A DNA stretch of 64,000 bases. It comes from Sphingomonadales bacterium Ga0077559 (GTDB taxonomy: Bacteria > Pseudomonadota > Alphaproteobacteria > Sphingomonadales > Sphingomonadaceae). This document shows positions 20,220 to 33,148 of the stretch, piece by piece; positions within the stretch are counted from its first letter, which is position 1; every line of letters begins with the position of its first letter. The notes beneath the pieces are model-generated. The model saw only the letters and a list, made by a program, of their open reading frames with translations, was not told the DNA's origin and made no database searches. Location: assembly GCA_001464315.1 (NCBI GenBank), contig LNFK01000040.1, forward strand, positions 32,607 to 96,606. The letters are read 5' to 3'. A program made the translations under genes and the position numbers.

Positions 20220-21130
20220 TGGCGACTGCAACGCGCAAAGCTCCGGCGAAGAGGAAGGCAAAGGCAGCGGCGCCGCGCCAAAGAGTGCGGCAAATTTCAT
20301 GGCTCGACCGGCTGCTGCGGACTTTGCCATTTTCCGAAGAAGATATTCAACGCGTTATTACCTGGGTTGTCGTGGCTGCTATCTCGGTCCTTGTACTGGC
20401 CGCCGCACAATATTTTGGAATGATCGCCGCCGCTCACCAGCAATATGCCGGCCTTGCGGCGAAAGCCGGATTTCAGGTGCAGCGGGTTGAAGTCAGCGGG
20501 ATGGAGCGCGTCGACCAGCTGAAAGTCTACGAGTTGGTTCTGGCCGAAAAAGATAGGGCAATGCCGTTGGTCGATATCGACCAGGTGCGCGCTGATTTGC
20601 TCAAATATGGCTGGATCAAGGATGCGCGCGTGTCACGCCGTCTGCCCGATACACTTGCTGTCGAGATTATCGAGCGCAAACCGTCGGCGGTCTGGCAACG
20701 CGACGGCAAATATTCGTTGATCGATGCCGAGGGCATCGTACTCCAGCATATCAAATCGGAAGAAACTGGCGAATTGCCCGTTCTGAATGGCGTTGATGCA
20801 AACCGTCACGCAGTCGCGCTGAACGAACTGCTCGATAATGCCACAGCCTTAAAGGCGCAGGTTATCGGCGCGAGTTGGATCGGCAATCGCCGCTGGGATT
20901 TGCGTTTTAAATCAGGCGAGACCTTGGCCTTGCCCGAAGGCGAAAAGGCGGCCGCCGAAGCCTTGCTGAACTTTGCGCGAATGGACGGCATCCACCGTCT
21001 GCTTGGCCGCGATCTCATCCATTTTGATTTGCGCGATCCAGACCGGGCCTATTTCCGCAAAGCGCCCAAGCCTGAACCTGCTAATGCTGAAAGCAAGAGC
21101 ACGCCCGAAAAATCGGGAGAAGCGGTATGA
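20219..21130 (+). CDS. ftsQ: Cell division protein FtsQ
   Basis: TM segment, POTRA region (VSRRLPDTL), RRWD motif; lies between ddl and ftsA. Confidence 0.93.
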   Translation: MATATRKAPAKRKAKAAAPRQRVRQISWLDRLLRTLPFSEEDIQRVITWVVVAAISVLVLAAAQYFGMIAAAHQQYAGLAAKAGFQVQRVEVSGMERVDQLKVYELVLAEKDRAMPLVDIDQVRADLLKYGWIKDARVSRRLPDTLAVEIIERKPSAVWQRDGKYSLIDAEGIVLQHIKSEETGELPVLNGVDANRHAVALNELLDNATALKAQVIGASWIGNRRWDLRFKSGETLALPEGEKAAAEALLNFARMDGIHRLLGRDLIHFDLRDPDRAYFRKAPKPEPANAESKSTPEKSGEAV

Positions 21131-22392
21131 AGGCGGCCCGCGTTGAAAAACTGATTTCGGCCATCGACATCGGTTCGTCAAAGGTCTCTGCATTGATCGC
21201 AGGCCAAACCGACAGCGGCGAATTGCTGGTGCTCGGCACCGGCCAGCGTGAGAGCAGGGGTGTCACCCGGGGCCAGATCGCTGATATCGAACAGGCTGAA
21301 CTATCAGTGCGACATGCCGTCGAACAAGCCGAGCGCATCGCTGGAATCAATATCGACCGCGTCTGGGTCGGGATGTCGTCGGGCGGCCTCGATAGCCTGC
21401 TCGCTCCGGTCGAAATAGAACTTGGCGGCGACCGGATAACGCAGGATGATATCGACCAGCTTCTGCAGGCGGGACGAGCCAATATTCAGACTGGCGGCAA
21501 GATGCCCTTGCATATTCAGCCTACGCTGTACTCGCTCGACGGCGTCGGCGGTGTTGCCAACCCACTAGGGCTGCATGCCGACCGGCTTGGCGTCGATATC
21601 CATGTAGTGCTCGCGGACCAGTCGACTGTTCGCAACATCGACATGACGGCGCGCGCCGCGCATCTAGATGTGGAATCGGTGATCGTTTCGCCGATCGCTA
21701 CCGGCATGGCCTGTTTAACGGCGGAAGAGCGGGATTTGGGCGTGGCACTGGTCGAATTTGGAGCAGCGATCACCAATGTGTCGGTGTTTGTCGGCGGGAT
21801 GCTCGTTGGGCTCGAGACGATTAAATATGGTGCATCGGATATCACCGCGGACATCGCGTCGACATTCGGTATTCGCTTGGCGCAGGCCGAGCGGCTCAAA
21901 TGTTTCCACGGTTCGGCGCTGACCAGCCCGCGCGATCATCAGGAAATCCTTGAAGTCGGGCCGGATGAAAATGGCAATGAAGCAGCGTTGCACGCGCCGC
22001 GTATTACCAAGGCGCAGTTGAACGCAGTCGTTTGCCAGCGTGTCGATAGCATCGTTTCAGACATTGGGCGGGCCCTGAAGGATCTGGGTTTTTCCGGCCC
22101 CTCCAGCCATCAGGTTGTTTTGACCGGCGGCGGGGCGGAACTGAAAGGAATTGCCGAGCATATGCAGGCGGCACTCGGCAGGACCGTCCGGATCGGGAAG
22201 CCGTTGGGGTTGAGCGGGATTCCCGAAGCGCATTCGGGCCCCGCCTTTTCCACGCTGGTGGGACTAATTCTTTATGCTTCGTCGGAACGGGTCGACATGA
22301 ATGCGGGTTATGATTTGCACAGCGGGCAAATGTCTGATGCGTCGCCCGGACTGTTTGAACGCATAAAACGGGCGATTCGAGAGAATTTCTGA
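21127..22392 (+). CDS. ftsA: Cell division protein FtsA
   Basis: DIGSSKV, AERLK, LTGGGA, VRIGKP, C-terminal amphipathic helix. Confidence 0.96.
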   Translation: MKAARVEKLISAIDIGSSKVSALIAGQTDSGELLVLGTGQRESRGVTRGQIADIEQAELSVRHAVEQAERIAGINIDRVWVGMSSGGLDSLLAPVEIELGGDRITQDDIDQLLQAGRANIQTGGKMPLHIQPTLYSLDGVGGVANPLGLHADRLGVDIHVVLADQSTVRNIDMTARAAHLDVESVIVSPIATGMACLTAEERDLGVALVEFGAAITNVSVFVGGMLVGLETIKYGASDITADIASTFGIRLAQAERLKCFHGSALTSPRDHQEILEVGPDENGNEAALHAPRITKAQLNAVVCQRVDSIVSDIGRALKDLGFSGPSSHQVVLTGGGAELKGIAEHMQAALGRTVRIGKPLGLSGIPEAHSGPAFSTLVGLILYASSERVDMNAGYDLHSGQMSDASPGLFERIKRAIRENF

Positions 22393-22496
22393 CAGAAAGC
22401 TGTGCAAAAAGGTTAATTTTCGGGTGTGTGGTGTTTGCTTTTGTGTAAGAAGCGTGAAAAATTCTAACAAGCCACTTATGGCTAGGGGGAAATAGT

Positions 22497-23981
22497 ATGA
22501 GCATCAATATCGGTCCACCAGTGGTTGACGAGTTGAAGCCTAAAATCGCGGTCATCGGTGTCGGTGGCGCTGGCGGCAACGCGGTTGCAAATATGATCGG
22601 CGCAAAGGTCGAAGGCGTTGATTTTGTCGTCGCCAATACCGATGCGCAGGCATTGAACGCCTCGCCCGCCGAATATCGCATTCAGTTGGGACCTGACATC
22701 ACGCAAGGCCTTGGTGCCGGTTCGCGGCCCGAAGTCGGCCGCGCCGCAGCCGAAGAAACCATCGAGCAGGTCAAAGCCGCGCTCGCAGGTTGCCATATGT
22801 GCTTTATCGCAGCGGGCATGGGCGGAGGCACCGGAACCGGTGCCGCTCCGGTTATCGCCAAAGCCGCTCGTGAAATGAATATCTTGACCGTCGGCGTGGT
22901 GACCAAGCCTTTTCTGTTCGAAGGTTCGCGCCGCATGCGTTCGGCGGACTCGGGCATCACCGAATTGCAACAGCATGTCGATACGCTGATCGTTATTCCG
23001 AATCAGAACCTGTTCTTGGTTGCGAACCCCAATACAACTTTTAAGGAAGCATTCTTGCTTGCTGATGAAGTGCTGCAACAAGGTGTGCGCGGCATCACCG
23101 ACCTGATGGTCATGCCTGGCCTCATCAATCTCGACTTTGCCGACGTCCGTTCGGTGATGCATGAAATGGGTAAAGCGATGATGGGCACCGGGGAAGCCGA
23201 AGGCGACGGTCGTGCGCTCGAGGCTGCTGAAAAAGCAATCGCCAATCCATTGCTCGACGGTGTGTCTATGCAAGGTGCAAAGGGCGTAATCGTCTCGATC
23301 ACCGGTGGCGAAGACATGCGCCTGATGGAAGTCGATGAAGCAGCAAACCATATCCGTGAACTGGTCGATCCCGATGCTAATATCATTTGGGGTTCGGCGT
23401 TCAATGAAAACCTCAACGGCAAAATCCGCGTTTCTGTGGTTGCTACCGGTATCGACAATGACGGTTCGGTTGCGTCGCCGACTGCACACGCAACACGGCC
23501 TTTTGCATTTAGCCGGCCTTCGGAACCGGTTGCCGAACCCGTGCCTGCTCCAGCTTCGTCCTTTTTAGGACATTCCGAACCGGAGGCAGCAGCTGAAGAA
23601 ATTACCCCTGACGCCGACGACAGCCTTGAACTTGGTAGCGAATTTGTGACGGAAGACGCTGGCGAAGAGAGCGAAGTCGATCATTCGGTTCCCCAAGTCT
23701 CTGAGCCAGAAACTGCCGAAGAAAGCGATTTGCTCGAACTTGGTGATGCACATGTTGCGGACGAAGTTGAAGCGCAGCCCGCTTATCAGCCTGCTGACGT
23801 GACGCCAGCGCCAGATCGTGCCGCGCCGCGGATTTCGACAGGTGGTACATTGTTCGAGCGTATGTCGAACCTGTCCCGTGGATTAGGGCGCTCAGATGAC
23901 GACGACGGCGAAGAAAAGGATAGTGCAGCGCCTGGTGCATTGAACATCCCGCGTTTTCTGGATCGACAAAACAACAATTGA
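22497..23981 (+). CDS. ftsZ: Cell division protein FtsZ
   Basis: [16 protein letters not shown] signature, INLDFADV, acidic linker, conserved tail LNIPRFL. Confidence 0.99.
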   Translation: MSINIGPPVVDELKPKIAVIGVGGAGGNAVANMIGAKVEGVDFVVANTDAQALNASPAEYRIQLGPDITQGLGAGSRPEVGRAAAEETIEQVKAALAGCHMCFIAAGMGGGTGTGAAPVIAKAAREMNILTVGVVTKPFLFEGSRRMRSADSGITELQQHVDTLIVIPNQNLFLVANPNTTFKEAFLLADEVLQQGVRGITDLMVMPGLINLDFADVRSVMHEMGKAMMGTGEAEGDGRALEAAEKAIANPLLDGVSMQGAKGVIVSITGGEDMRLMEVDEAANHIRELVDPDANIIWGSAFNENLNGKIRVSVVATGIDNDGSVASPTAHATRPFAFSRPSEPVAEPVPAPASSFLGHSEPEAAAEEITPDADDSLELGSEFVTEDAGEESEVDHSVPQVSEPETAEESDLLELGDAHVADEVEAQPAYQPADVTPAPDRAAPRISTGGTLFERMSNLSRGLGRSDDDDGEEKDSAAPGALNIPRFLDRQNNN

Positions 23982-24090
23982 TCGTTCTCGCGTTCAGCGC
24001 AAAGTCAGCCTGTCTTCATTATAAAACCACTCGGCGGGGTGATGTGCGATGGCGCGTTGCATCGCGGAGTGGGCATGGCAATAAGATGGT

Positions 24091-26070
24091 ATGGATGTGA
24101 CAATATTACGTAGTTGTGTTGCAATGGCGCTTGTAGCCACTGCGGCTAGTGCGTCGGCGCAGATTGTCGATGAAAGCGCGCTCGACGCACTTGACAAAGC
24201 CGCCGCTTCTACAGCCCAGCCCACTCGCGAGCCAGCCGGCGCAGTTGAGCTGCGTACAGCTATGCGTCGCATTTCGTACAATTCGACCGATGCGGATGCG
24301 TTGGCCGATGCTGGCAATGCATCATTAATGCTCGGTGACGCCAATGCTGCGTTGAACTTTTTCACCCGGGCTAATACCGTTCGTCCAAATAACGGTCGGA
24401 TTGTCGCAGGTCTTGCTGCTGCGACTGTACGAACGGAAAACCCTTTTGAAGCACTTCGGCTGTTTGATGATGCCATACGTTTGGGGATCAGCGACCGAAC
24501 TATCGCGACAGACCGGGCGCTTGCTTATGATCTGTTGGGTAATTTTGATCGCGCCCAGCAAGATTATAAGCTCGCACGAACAGCGGCCTCTTCCGATGAT
24601 CTCCTCATCCGGCAAGCTATCTCGCTGTCGCTGGCGGGGCAGAAAGCAGAAGCCGATGCTATGCTTGTCCCGCTGTTGCAAAAAAATAGCGCCGCGGCAT
24701 GGCGCGCTAGGGCTTTTATGCTGGCTGCGCGCGGCGATCTGCGCGAGTCCACGAAAGTAACGCAAGGGTTTTTGGACGCGGCTTCGGCCCAGCGGATGGA
24801 GCGCTATCTCCGGTTGATGCCCGACCTGACCGGCGCACAGCAGGCGGCGGCAATCCATCTGGGTCATTTTCCAGCCGGCCAATATGTTGGTCGTGACAGC
24901 GACCAGCTTCGTAGGGTGGCTTCGACTATTCCACCGGTGGCGCCAGGTCTCAACGAGAGCAGACTGATCCCAGCAGGTAACCCGTTGGGACCGAAAACAG
25001 CTAGTAAAACTCCGGCGAAAAATGAACAAAAACCAGAACGCAGGCGCGATCGAAGGGCGCGAGAGCAAGCGGAACTCAAGGTAGCGATCGCCAATATCCC
25101 CGACGCGGTTAAGCTGCCCAAAACCGATCGTTCACGCCTTGGCACGGATGGCGCACGCGCCAAAATGGACGAGGCGCAGGCTGCGCGTGTGTCGACCATC
25201 AGCACCGGCGGATTGCCGCCACCCGAGTCGGCACGGCCACTGGTTTCGGTTGCTCTGCCGCCAAAAAAAGACGCCGTAGCGGTGCCACCACCGGCGCAAC
25301 AGCAGCCTGTTGCCCAACAACCGGCGGTGTTGCCGTCCAATAATGCGATAACATCGGTTAGGGTGCCGATCGCGAAGCCGGGCCTGACGACGTCAATAAT
25401 GTCGGCGCCGCCCGTAACTGCGACGCCGCTGTCTGCACCCACAGTTACTGCCACTGGAGGGCCCGAAGTCACGGCAACAACGACAGTGGCGCTCCAAGGG
25501 CCTACTCCGAGCGGTGTGCCGGTTACCTCATCTGGTGCTTTTGCGGTCACGTCAGCTCCAGTCATTGGGCCAATCAATGCTGCACCCGCTGTCCAACCGG
25601 CAGCGACCCCGGCTTTCGACCTTGCATCAATCGTGAGCGCAATCGAAATTCCGGAAAGCGAGCAAAAGCCGTCGGCCGTTCCGGTGGATTTGAAGAAAAT
25701 CCGGCCACCGATGCCAAAGATCGCCGCAGTGGATACTGGTATTAAAGCAGTAAAGGTCGATCCGAAGGTCACCGCCAAAGCCAAGCTGGATGCCTCGAAC
25801 CCGGCTCGGTTCTGGGTGCAGATTGCGACTGGCGAGGCGAGCGCACTTGGCTACGATTACCGCAAATGGACTAAGAAGAACGCTGTGTTGTTCAAGGGAC
25901 AGAACGGATGGACCTCGGCTTGGGGCAAGACGAGTCGTCTGCTTGTCGGTCCGTTTGCTGACATGAAAACCGCAAAAAAATGGGAAGGCGATTTCAAAAA
26001 AGCGGGCGGCGACGGTTTCATGTGGAAAAGCGAAAACGGCGTGGTGGTAACCGTGCTCAAATCGAAATAG
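24091..26070 (+). CDS. Exported TPR + SPOR domain protein
   Basis: Signal peptide, TPR-like helices, long Pro/Ala/Thr/Val linker, C-terminal SPOR-like domain (FWVQIA, RLLVGPF). Confidence 0.8.
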   Translation: MDVTILRSCVAMALVATAASASAQIVDESALDALDKAAASTAQPTREPAGAVELRTAMRRISYNSTDADALADAGNASLMLGDANAALNFFTRANTVRPNNGRIVAGLAAATVRTENPFEALRLFDDAIRLGISDRTIATDRALAYDLLGNFDRAQQDYKLARTAASSDDLLIRQAISLSLAGQKAEADAMLVPLLQKNSAAAWRARAFMLAARGDLRESTKVTQGFLDAASAQRMERYLRLMPDLTGAQQAAAIHLGHFPAGQYVGRDSDQLRRVASTIPPVAPGLNESRLIPAGNPLGPKTASKTPAKNEQKPERRRDRRAREQAELKVAIANIPDAVKLPKTDRSRLGTDGARAKMDEAQAARVSTISTGGLPPPESARPLVSVALPPKKDAVAVPPPAQQQPVAQQPAVLPSNNAITSVRVPIAKPGLTTSIMSAPPVTATPLSAPTVTATGGPEVTATTTVALQGPTPSGVPVTSSGAFAVTSAPVIGPINAAPAVQPAATPAFDLASIVSAIEIPESEQKPSAVPVDLKKIRPPMPKIAAVDTGIKAVKVDPKVTAKAKLDASNPARFWVQIATGEASALGYDYRKWTKKNAVLFKGQNGWTSAWGKTSRLLVGPFADMKTAKKWEGDFKKAGGDGFMWKSENGVVVTVLKSK

Positions 26071-26110
26071 CTGCTTTGCGTTGCTCGCGCTCGGCGGCAT
26101 AAGCGCCGCC

Positions 26111-27262
26111 ATGTCATCTCTCGCGCCTTATGCCTGCCGCCCAGACCAAAGTCGCGGCCGTCTTTATCCCGAACCCGCCCAAGACGTGCGAGGGCCGCGC
26201 GACATTTTTCAGCGCGACCGTGACCGGATTATCCATTCGATTGCATTCCGCCGGCTTCGCCACAAAACACAGGTGTTCATCGCGCCCGACGGCGATCACT
26301 ACCGAGTCCGCCTGACGCACAGTCTCGAAGTCGCACAAATCGGCCGGACGATTGCCCGCGCGCTCGGCCTCAACGAAGACCTGACCGAAGCATTGTGCCT
26401 CGCCCACGATATCGGTCACCCGCCTTTTGGTCACGCTGGAGAGGACGCGTTGGAGGAAGCGCTGAAGCCTTATGGCGGGTTCGACCATAACGCGCAGACG
26501 TTACGCACGTTAACGCAGCTTGAAAGTCCATATCCGTCATGGCCGGGTTTGAACCTGAGCTGGGAGCTGCTTGAAGGCCTTGCCAAGCATAATGGCCCGG
26601 TGACCGCGCCGACATGGGCGCTGGCGGAAGTCAATGCCGCGTTCGATCTCGACTTGCCAAGTTGGCCATCGCTCGAAGCGCAAGTCGCAGCGATCAGCGA
26701 CGATATTGCTTATGATAATCACGATATTGACGACGGCCTGCGTGCCGGATTGCTGACTTTGGAGCAGCTGTTGGAATTGCCGTTTCTCGCCGAGCGTTGG
26801 GACGGAATAACAGCGAAATATCCCGGCGCAAGGCGTGAAACGCTTATCCGCGAACTGGTACGCGCGCAGATCGGCGTGATGGTCAACGATGTGATCGACA
26901 CGACGCGGATGCGATTAAATGATCTGGCGATCCCGACTGCCGATGACATTCGTCAAGCAGGTCTGCAAATCGGCGGATTTTCAGACGAGCTTGCGGCCCG
27001 CGAGCGCGAGTTAAAAGCATTTATGTACGCCAATCTCTATCACCATCCTGCGCAGCAAGAGGCCGCCGACACCGCGCAGGCGATTATCGCTGATCTGTTC
27101 CGGGCATACGCCAGCGATCCGTTGCTGCTACCCGCCGACTGGCAATCCGGCGCGCCAGCGGTTGAACCGCAACGTAGCCGCCATATCGCTGACTTTCTGG
27201 CGGGCATGACCGACCGTTATGCGCAAAACTGCCACCGCGAAATATTCGGGCCGGGGGCATGA
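26111..27262 (+). CDS. dgt: Deoxyguanosinetriphosphate triphosphohydrolase (HD family)
   Basis: [47 protein letters not shown]. Confidence 0.93.
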   Translation: MSSLAPYACRPDQSRGRLYPEPAQDVRGPRDIFQRDRDRIIHSIAFRRLRHKTQVFIAPDGDHYRVRLTHSLEVAQIGRTIARALGLNEDLTEALCLAHDIGHPPFGHAGEDALEEALKPYGGFDHNAQTLRTLTQLESPYPSWPGLNLSWELLEGLAKHNGPVTAPTWALAEVNAAFDLDLPSWPSLEAQVAAISDDIAYDNHDIDDGLRAGLLTLEQLLELPFLAERWDGITAKYPGARRETLIRELVRAQIGVMVNDVIDTTRMRLNDLAIPTADDIRQAGLQIGGFSDELAARERELKAFMYANLYHHPAQQEAADTAQAIIADLFRAYASDPLLLPADWQSGAPAVEPQRSRHIADFLAGMTDRYAQNCHREIFGPGA

Positions 27263-27909
27263 CCCGAATATTGTTAGCAGGTGCAAGTGGGCTGATTGGG
27301 AGGCAAGCTGCGGAGTTGCTTACTGTGGATGGCGAAGTCCATGCGCTGCTAAGGAAGCAACTGGACGGATTGCCGCCCAGTGTCACACAGCACGTTGGAC
27401 CGATCGCGCATTGGCCTACTATAATTTCGAGCATGTCCCTTGACGTCGCTATATCTTGCCTCGGCACGACAATGCGGATTGCCGGTTCGCCTGAGGCATT
27501 CCGCGCGGTCGACCATGACCTGATGCTTTCATTCGCCTCTGCTGCCCGCAATGCAGGGGTGCGGCATATGATCAGCGTTTCGTCGGTCGGCGCATCGGCA
27601 AAAAGCGGTAATCTCTATTTACGGACCAAGGGCGAAGCCGAGGCCGCATTGTCGGGCATGGGCTTTGAACGGCTGGACATCATCCGACCCGGTTTGCTCA
27701 CCGGTGGTAGGCGCCTGGATAGCCGCCCCGGCGAATCGCTTGGCATCTTGCTCGCACCTTTCACAGACCTGCTTATGCTTGGTAGTTTCGGCCGTTACCG
27801 ATCGACGCCATCGGCGAAAGTGGCGCGGGCAATCGCTGTGCTTGTTGCTAGCGGCGGCGTGGGCAGATTTATCCACGAGAATGCCGAGATAAACGCTATG
27901 GCCGGTTGA
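27259..27909 (+). CDS. NAD(P)H-binding atypical SDR/epimerase-like protein
   Basis: [33 protein letters not shown]. Confidence 0.85.
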   Translation: MTRILLAGASGLIGRQAAELLTVDGEVHALLRKQLDGLPPSVTQHVGPIAHWPTIISSMSLDVAISCLGTTMRIAGSPEAFRAVDHDLMLSFASAARNAGVRHMISVSSVGASAKSGNLYLRTKGEAEAALSGMGFERLDIIRPGLLTGGRRLDSRPGESLGILLAPFTDLLMLGSFGRYRSTPSAKVARAIAVLVASGGVGRFIHENAEINAMAG

Positions 27910-27944
27910 CTCTGCTGCGCTGCAGCGTCAATGCGCTAAGGTCG

Positions 27945-28102
27945 CTGACGAAGCGGGAGAGCGTCCTTTTTAGGGCCGCCGAAGGAGCAACCGCCCCGGA
28001 ATCTCTCAGGCAAAAGGACCGCTTCGGCTTTTGCGACACTCTGGAAAGAGCCTTGATAGGCCGCCGAAGGGGTAAAGCTCTCAGGTATCCGTGACAGAGG
28101 GG
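27945..28102 (+). ncRNA. Glycine riboswitch (tandem aptamers)
   Basis: Two GGA(G/A)AG...CGCCGAAGG...CTCTCAGG aptamer cores (~27953-28023 and ~28039-28099) directly upstream of gcvT. Confidence 0.95.
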
Positions 28103-28157
28103 GTAGCAGGTATGGCACCAGCCGGTGCTGGCCGCTGCGACTCTTGAACGGAATTGT

Positions 28158-29300
28158 ATGAGCGACGACGAAGAACTCGAACTTATCGAAATATTGGAAA
28201 TGCCGCTGGACGCTTGGCACCGCGCGCGGGGTGCCCGTATGGTCGAGTTTGCGGGCTATCATATGCCAATCCAGTATGAAGGCATCATGGCCGAGCATTC
28301 GTGGACCCGCGAGAATGCAGGGCTGTTCGATGTCAGCCATATGGGCCAGCTGATGCTGACCGGCGACGGCGCTGCGGAGGCGCTTGAGGCTTTGGTGCCG
28401 GGCGACATCAGTGCGCTCCAAGAAGGCCGTATGCGGTATTCGCTGTTGCTCGCCGAGAATGGCGGGGTTCTCGATGACCTGATGGTTACTGCCGCGCCGA
28501 TGGGGCTGTATGTCGTAGTCAACGGCGCGGTGAAGTGGGATGACATGGGCTATTTGCGCGAGCATTTGCCTGATGAAATTACGATCAATCATATGGATGA
28601 TCGCGCGCTTTTGGCGCTGCAGGGACCGAAGGCCGTCGATGCGCTCTTGCGCGTCGTGCCGGGTGTCGATGCGTTGTATTTCATGGACGCAGGCTCCTTT
28701 TTCTGGGGGCCAAAGACCGACCCTGAACCTTTGTGGATCAGCCGTTCCGGCTACACCGGAGAAGACGGCTTCGAGATTTCGGTTCCGGCCACGCACGCGC
28801 AAAAGCTCGCCGAAGAGCTGTGCGCGCAGCCCGAGGTGAAGCCAATCGGCCTTGGCGCTCGTGACTCGCTGCGGCTTGAGGCAGGCCTGCCGCTTTACGG
28901 GCATGACATGAACCCCGAGGTCGACCCCGTCGAGGGCAACGCCGCCTTTGCTGTTTCGAAACGCCGGCGCGCCGAAGGTGGCTTCAACGGCGCCGAACGC
29001 ATATTGAAAGCCCTGGCCGAAGGCCCGTCACGCAAGCTGGTAGGCTTCACCGTCGACGGCAAAATACCGGTTCGCGAAGGCGCCTCGATTTATTCAAAAA
29101 ATGAACAGGTTGGCATGATAACTTCAGGCGGGTTCGCACCAAGTGTTGGCGCGCCGATCGCGATGGGATATGTTGCCAGTGCACATATCGCAGTCGGCAC
29201 CGCGCTTGAAGCTGAAGTCCGCGGCAAACGCGTTGCGCTGACCGTCGCGGCGATGCCTTTTGTTCCCCATCATTATCACCGGAGAGGAAAATCCATATGA
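28158..29300 (+). CDS. gcvT: Glycine cleavage aminomethyltransferase
   Basis: [34 protein letters not shown]. Confidence 0.97.
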   Translation: MSDDEELELIEILEMPLDAWHRARGARMVEFAGYHMPIQYEGIMAEHSWTRENAGLFDVSHMGQLMLTGDGAAEALEALVPGDISALQEGRMRYSLLLAENGGVLDDLMVTAAPMGLYVVVNGAVKWDDMGYLREHLPDEITINHMDDRALLALQGPKAVDALLRVVPGVDALYFMDAGSFFWGPKTDPEPLWISRSGYTGEDGFEISVPATHAQKLAEELCAQPEVKPIGLGARDSLRLEAGLPLYGHDMNPEVDPVEGNAAFAVSKRRRAEGGFNGAERILKALAEGPSRKLVGFTVDGKIPVREGASIYSKNEQVGMITSGGFAPSVGAPIAMGYVASAHIAVGTALEAEVRGKRVALTVAAMPFVPHHYHRRGKSI

Positions 29301-29668
29301 GCCGTTATTACACAGAAGATCATGAATGGATCGACGTCGATGGCGAGACCGCGACGGTCGGAATTACCGATTACGCGCAAAGCCAATTGGGCGATATCGT
29401 TTTCGCCGAAGTCCCGGCGACTGGTGCCACGCTCAAAAAGGGCGGTGACGCGGCGGTTGTAGAGTCGGTGAAAGCTGCGTCGGACGTTTATGCTCCGGTT
29501 AGCGGCGTCGTGACCGAAGGCAATGACGCATTGGAAGGCGATCCAGCATTGGTCAACAGCGATCCCGAGGGCGAGGGCTGGTTCTTTAAACTGACGTTGA
29601 GCGACACAAGCGAACTCGACACCTTGATGGATGCAGCCGCTTACAAAGCATTTGTCGACGGACTTTAA
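29297..29668 (+). CDS. gcvH: Glycine cleavage H protein
   Basis: [15 protein letters not shown], lipoyl-lysine motif VESVKAASD. Confidence 0.97.
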   Translation: MSRYYTEDHEWIDVDGETATVGITDYAQSQLGDIVFAEVPATGATLKKGGDAAVVESVKAASDVYAPVSGVVTEGNDALEGDPALVNSDPEGEGWFFKLTLSDTSELDTLMDAAAYKAFVDGL

Positions 29669-29677
29669 GGAAAAAAT

Positions 29678-31036
29678 ATGCGCTATCTCCCGCTTACGCA
29701 GACCGACCGGCAGGCAATGCTCGGCTTCATTGGGGCGAAATCCATCGATGATCTGTTTGTTGATGTGCCTGCCGAGGCGCAATTGGATGGGCCGATCCAC
29801 GGCCTGCCTAATCATGCCAGCGAAATGGCGGTTGAACGGCACTTCTCAAACCTTGCGCGGCAGAATATGTCTGCTTCGCACCATCCGTTCTTCCTTGGTT
29901 GCGGCGCTTACAAGCATCATGTGCCTGCCTCGGTCGATCATATTATCCAGCGCGGCGAGTTTCTGACCGCTTACACGCCTTATCAGCCTGAAATCGCGCA
30001 GGGCACTTTGCAGATGCTGTTCGAATTCCAGACGCAGGTTGCACGGTTGTTCGGCTGCGACGTCGCCAATGCGTCGATGTATGACGGCTCGACTGCCTGC
30101 TGGGAAGCGATTGGCATGGCGGGACGCATCACCAAGCGGACGAAGGCGGTTCTGTCGTCCGGCTTGCACCCGCATTATGTCAGCGTTGCTAAAACAATGG
30201 CGAAATACACTGGAGACACACTCGATACCGCGTTTCCTGAGCTGTCAGCGGAAACCGACAGCGCGCGGTTACTGGCTGCGATAGATGGTGAAACCAGCTG
30301 TGTGGTCGTGCAATACCCCGACATATTGGGCCGGATCGAGGATTTATCCGCCATTGCCGCCAAGGCGCATGAACATAGCGCACTTCTGATTGCGGTGGTG
30401 ACCGAGCCGGTCGCTTTGGGCGCGATCAAAGCACCCGGCGAAATGGGCGCGGACATTGTTGTGGGTGAGGGACAGTCAATTGGCGTTGGCCTTCAATTTG
30501 GCGGGCCTTATGTCGGTCTGTTTGCTTGCAAAGAAAAATTCGTTCGGCAAATGCCAGGACGGCTGTGCGGTGAAACTGTCGACGCAGAGGGTAAGCGTGG
30601 CTTCGTATTGACCTTGTCGACACGCGAACAGCATATCCGCCGTGAAAAGGCGACATCAAATATTTGCACAAATTCAGGGCTTTGTGCACTGGCTTTCAGT
30701 GTTCATATGACATTGCTTGGTGAAAAGGGCCTGCGCGGATTGGCGTCGCTCAACCACGCGCTCGCAGTGCGGGCGGCGGACCGGTTGACGCAAATCCCAG
30801 GCGTGGAGTTAATTAACGACAGCTTTTTTAATGAGTTCACATTGCGGCTGCCGAAGGAAGCAAGGCCAGTTGTTCGGGCACTTGCCGACCGGAAGATACT
30901 CGGGGGTGTGTCGCTCGGACGGCTGTATCCGGGTGTGAACGCTCTAGAGAACGGTCTGGTCGTCGCTGTAACCGAAGTCGCCACAGCCGAGGATATCGAA
31001 GCTTTCGCCGCTGCCTTGCAGGAGATTTTAGCATGA
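29678..31036 (+). CDS. gcvPA: Glycine dehydrogenase subunit 1
   Basis: [32 protein letters not shown]. Confidence 0.97.
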   Translation: MRYLPLTQTDRQAMLGFIGAKSIDDLFVDVPAEAQLDGPIHGLPNHASEMAVERHFSNLARQNMSASHHPFFLGCGAYKHHVPASVDHIIQRGEFLTAYTPYQPEIAQGTLQMLFEFQTQVARLFGCDVANASMYDGSTACWEAIGMAGRITKRTKAVLSSGLHPHYVSVAKTMAKYTGDTLDTAFPELSAETDSARLLAAIDGETSCVVVQYPDILGRIEDLSAIAAKAHEHSALLIAVVTEPVALGAIKAPGEMGADIVVGEGQSIGVGLQFGGPYVGLFACKEKFVRQMPGRLCGETVDAEGKRGFVLTLSTREQHIRREKATSNICTNSGLCALAFSVHMTLLGEKGLRGLASLNHALAVRAADRLTQIPGVELINDSFFNEFTLRLPKEARPVVRALADRKILGGVSLGRLYPGVNALENGLVVAVTEVATAEDIEAFAAALQEILA

Positions 31037-32604
31037 ACGCAATCAATCAAAGTGGATGGAAGCCCGAGATGGTCGGCGAAGGCCGTCATGACGTCAAAAC
31101 CTATACCGGCAACAAGGCGCTTATGCTCGAAGAACCGCTGATTTTCGAAATCGGCAATAACAGCACGACTGGAGTGGATCTCGCTGTTTCGCCAAAGGTC
31201 ATCTCGCGCCTTGGCAATCTTGAGCGGCACCGTGACATTGCGCTGCCTGGCCTGTCCGAGCCTGAAGCTGTCCGACACTACACTCGCCTCAGCCGGCAGA
31301 ATTACGCTATCGACCTGGGTTTCTTCCCGCTTGGCAGTTGCACGATGAAGCACAACCCGCGGCTCAACGAAAAAGTCGCACGGATGGCGGGTTTTGCTGA
31401 CGTTCACCCGATGCAGCCGATTGAAACGGTGCAAGGCGCGCTGGCGGTTATCAATGAGTTGGCGGTGTGGCTGATCGAACTCACCGGCATGCACGGCGTG
31501 GCTATGACGCCAAAGGCCGGCGCTCATGGCGAATTATGCGGTATTTTGTGCATCAAGGCTGCACTCGAAGCGAGGGGTGACAAGCGCAGCGTCATTCTGG
31601 TGCCGGAAAGCGCCCATGGAACCAATCCGGCTACAGCAGCCTTCGCCGGATTCTCGGTAGAAAACATCCCGGCAACGTCAGAAGGTCGGGTGGACCTGGC
31701 GGCGCTGAAATCACGTCTCGGTCCCGATGTTGCTGGTGTCATGATCACTAACCCCAACACCTGCGGCCTGTTCGAACGTGACATGAAGGCGATTTCAGAC
31801 GCCGTCCATGCGGCAGGCGGCTACGTTTATTGCGATGGCGCAAATTTCAACGCCATCGTCGGCCGCGTGCGGCCAGGGGATCTCGGCATTGATGCCATGC
31901 ACATCAATCTGCACAAGACCTTCTCCACCCCGCATGGCGGCGGCGGGCCCGGCTCTGGCCCGGTCGTGCTTTCTGAAGCTTTGTCGCCTTTTGGGCCTCT
32001 GCCTTTCACCGAACGGCATGCCGATGGGCATTTTTCGTTGGTCGAAGAGGAGACGGCTGGCGAACGCCATCCCCATAGTTTTGGCCGAATGACCGCGTTC
32101 CACGGCCAAATGGGCATGTTCACGCGTGCGCTTTCCTACATCATGTCGCACGGGGCGGATGGCTTGCGTCAGGTTGCCGAAGATGCGGTACTTAACGCAA
32201 ATTATATCCTGCGAAGCCTTGAAGATGTGCTTGATGCACCGTTTGCGCATAGTGGGCCTTGCATGCACGAGGCATTGTTCAGCGACGACGGTATGGCCGA
32301 AGGTTTCTCGACGCTCGACATAGCCAAGGGCCTGATCGACGAGGGCTATCACCCGATGACGGTGTATTTCCCGCTGGTCGTGCACGGCGCGATGCTGGTC
32401 GAACCGACTGAAACCGAGAGCAAGGCGACACTCGACCAGTTCATCGGCGCGTTGCGGTCTGTGGCAGAGCGGGCGAAGGCAGGCGATCCATTGCTCAAGT
32501 CAGCACCACACCACGCGCCGCGCCGCCGTCTTGATGAAACACAGGCTGCGCGCAAGCCGATATTGGTGTGGCGAGAACCCGAACAGGCTGTGGCAGCAGA
32601 GTAA
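31033..32604 (+). CDS. gcvPB: Glycine dehydrogenase subunit 2
   Basis: [13 protein letters not shown] motif [26 protein letters not shown]. Confidence 0.97.
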   Translation: MNAINQSGWKPEMVGEGRHDVKTYTGNKALMLEEPLIFEIGNNSTTGVDLAVSPKVISRLGNLERHRDIALPGLSEPEAVRHYTRLSRQNYAIDLGFFPLGSCTMKHNPRLNEKVARMAGFADVHPMQPIETVQGALAVINELAVWLIELTGMHGVAMTPKAGAHGELCGILCIKAALEARGDKRSVILVPESAHGTNPATAAFAGFSVENIPATSEGRVDLAALKSRLGPDVAGVMITNPNTCGLFERDMKAISDAVHAAGGYVYCDGANFNAIVGRVRPGDLGIDAMHINLHKTFSTPHGGGGPGSGPVVLSEALSPFGPLPFTERHADGHFSLVEEETAGERHPHSFGRMTAFHGQMGMFTRALSYIMSHGADGLRQVAEDAVLNANYILRSLEDVLDAPFAHSGPCMHEALFSDDGMAEGFSTLDIAKGLIDEGYHPMTVYFPLVVHGAMLVEPTETESKATLDQFIGALRSVAERAKAGDPLLKSAPHHAPRRRLDETQAARKPILVWREPEQAVAAE

Positions 32605-32676
32605 ACCAAGCTACAAAAATCCGGGTGCATTTCGACCATCAGCATCTATATTCTGGTGGTTGGGAGGAGAGCGACG

Positions 32677-33147
32677 ATGGATGTGGACGTTGACAGTGCA
32701 AAGGTAACTTTCCCGCCGCCCTTTGTTTACATCGGCTTGTCGTTGGTCGGTCTTGCGCTAGACCATGTTTTGCCTTGGTCAATCAAATTGACCGTGATTG
32801 GTCGCTATGTTGGCGGAGGGCTGTTAATTGCTGCTGCGTTGGCTTTTCTTCTCGCCGCTTCGGGACGCTTTCGCAAAGCTGGAACCGAACTGAAGCCGTG
32901 GAAAACAACGAGCGCGATTGTAGGCGAGGGTGTTTACGCGTTCACCCGTAACCCCATGTATTTGGGGATGGCGCTGTTTATGGCCGGACTTGGCTTTCTG
33001 TTCTCGAGTCTGGGCGTCATTTTATTATTGCCCGTTGCGATTGTCCTGATCCAGACACAAGTCATCGCTCGCGAAGAGCGGTATCTGGAGGCAAAGTTCG
33101 GCGATGAGTATCGCATCTATAAATCACGCGTCCGCCGCTGGATTTGA
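32677..33147 (+). CDS. Isoprenylcysteine carboxyl methyltransferase (ICMT/PEMT) family membrane protein
   Basis: GVYAFTRNPMYLG, REERYLEAKFGDEY, VRRWI; GGAGGAG SD upstream. Confidence 0.88.
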   Translation: MDVDVDSAKVTFPPPFVYIGLSLVGLALDHVLPWSIKLTVIGRYVGGGLLIAAALAFLLAASGRFRKAGTELKPWKTTSAIVGEGVYAFTRNPMYLGMALFMAGLGFLFSSLGVILLLPVAIVLIQTQVIAREERYLEAKFGDEYRIYKSRVRRWI

Positions 33148-33148
33148 T

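Noticed and set aside
22393-22496. CtrA box in the ftsA-ftsZ gap
   Set aside because: Only one TTAA half-site; no TTAA-N7-TTAA.
25200-25800. Repetitive Pro/Ala/Thr/Val stretch, and the long 306-aa antisense ORF 24864-25784
   Set aside because: This is an ordinary low-complexity linker of the SPOR protein; the antisense ORF follows from its codon bias.
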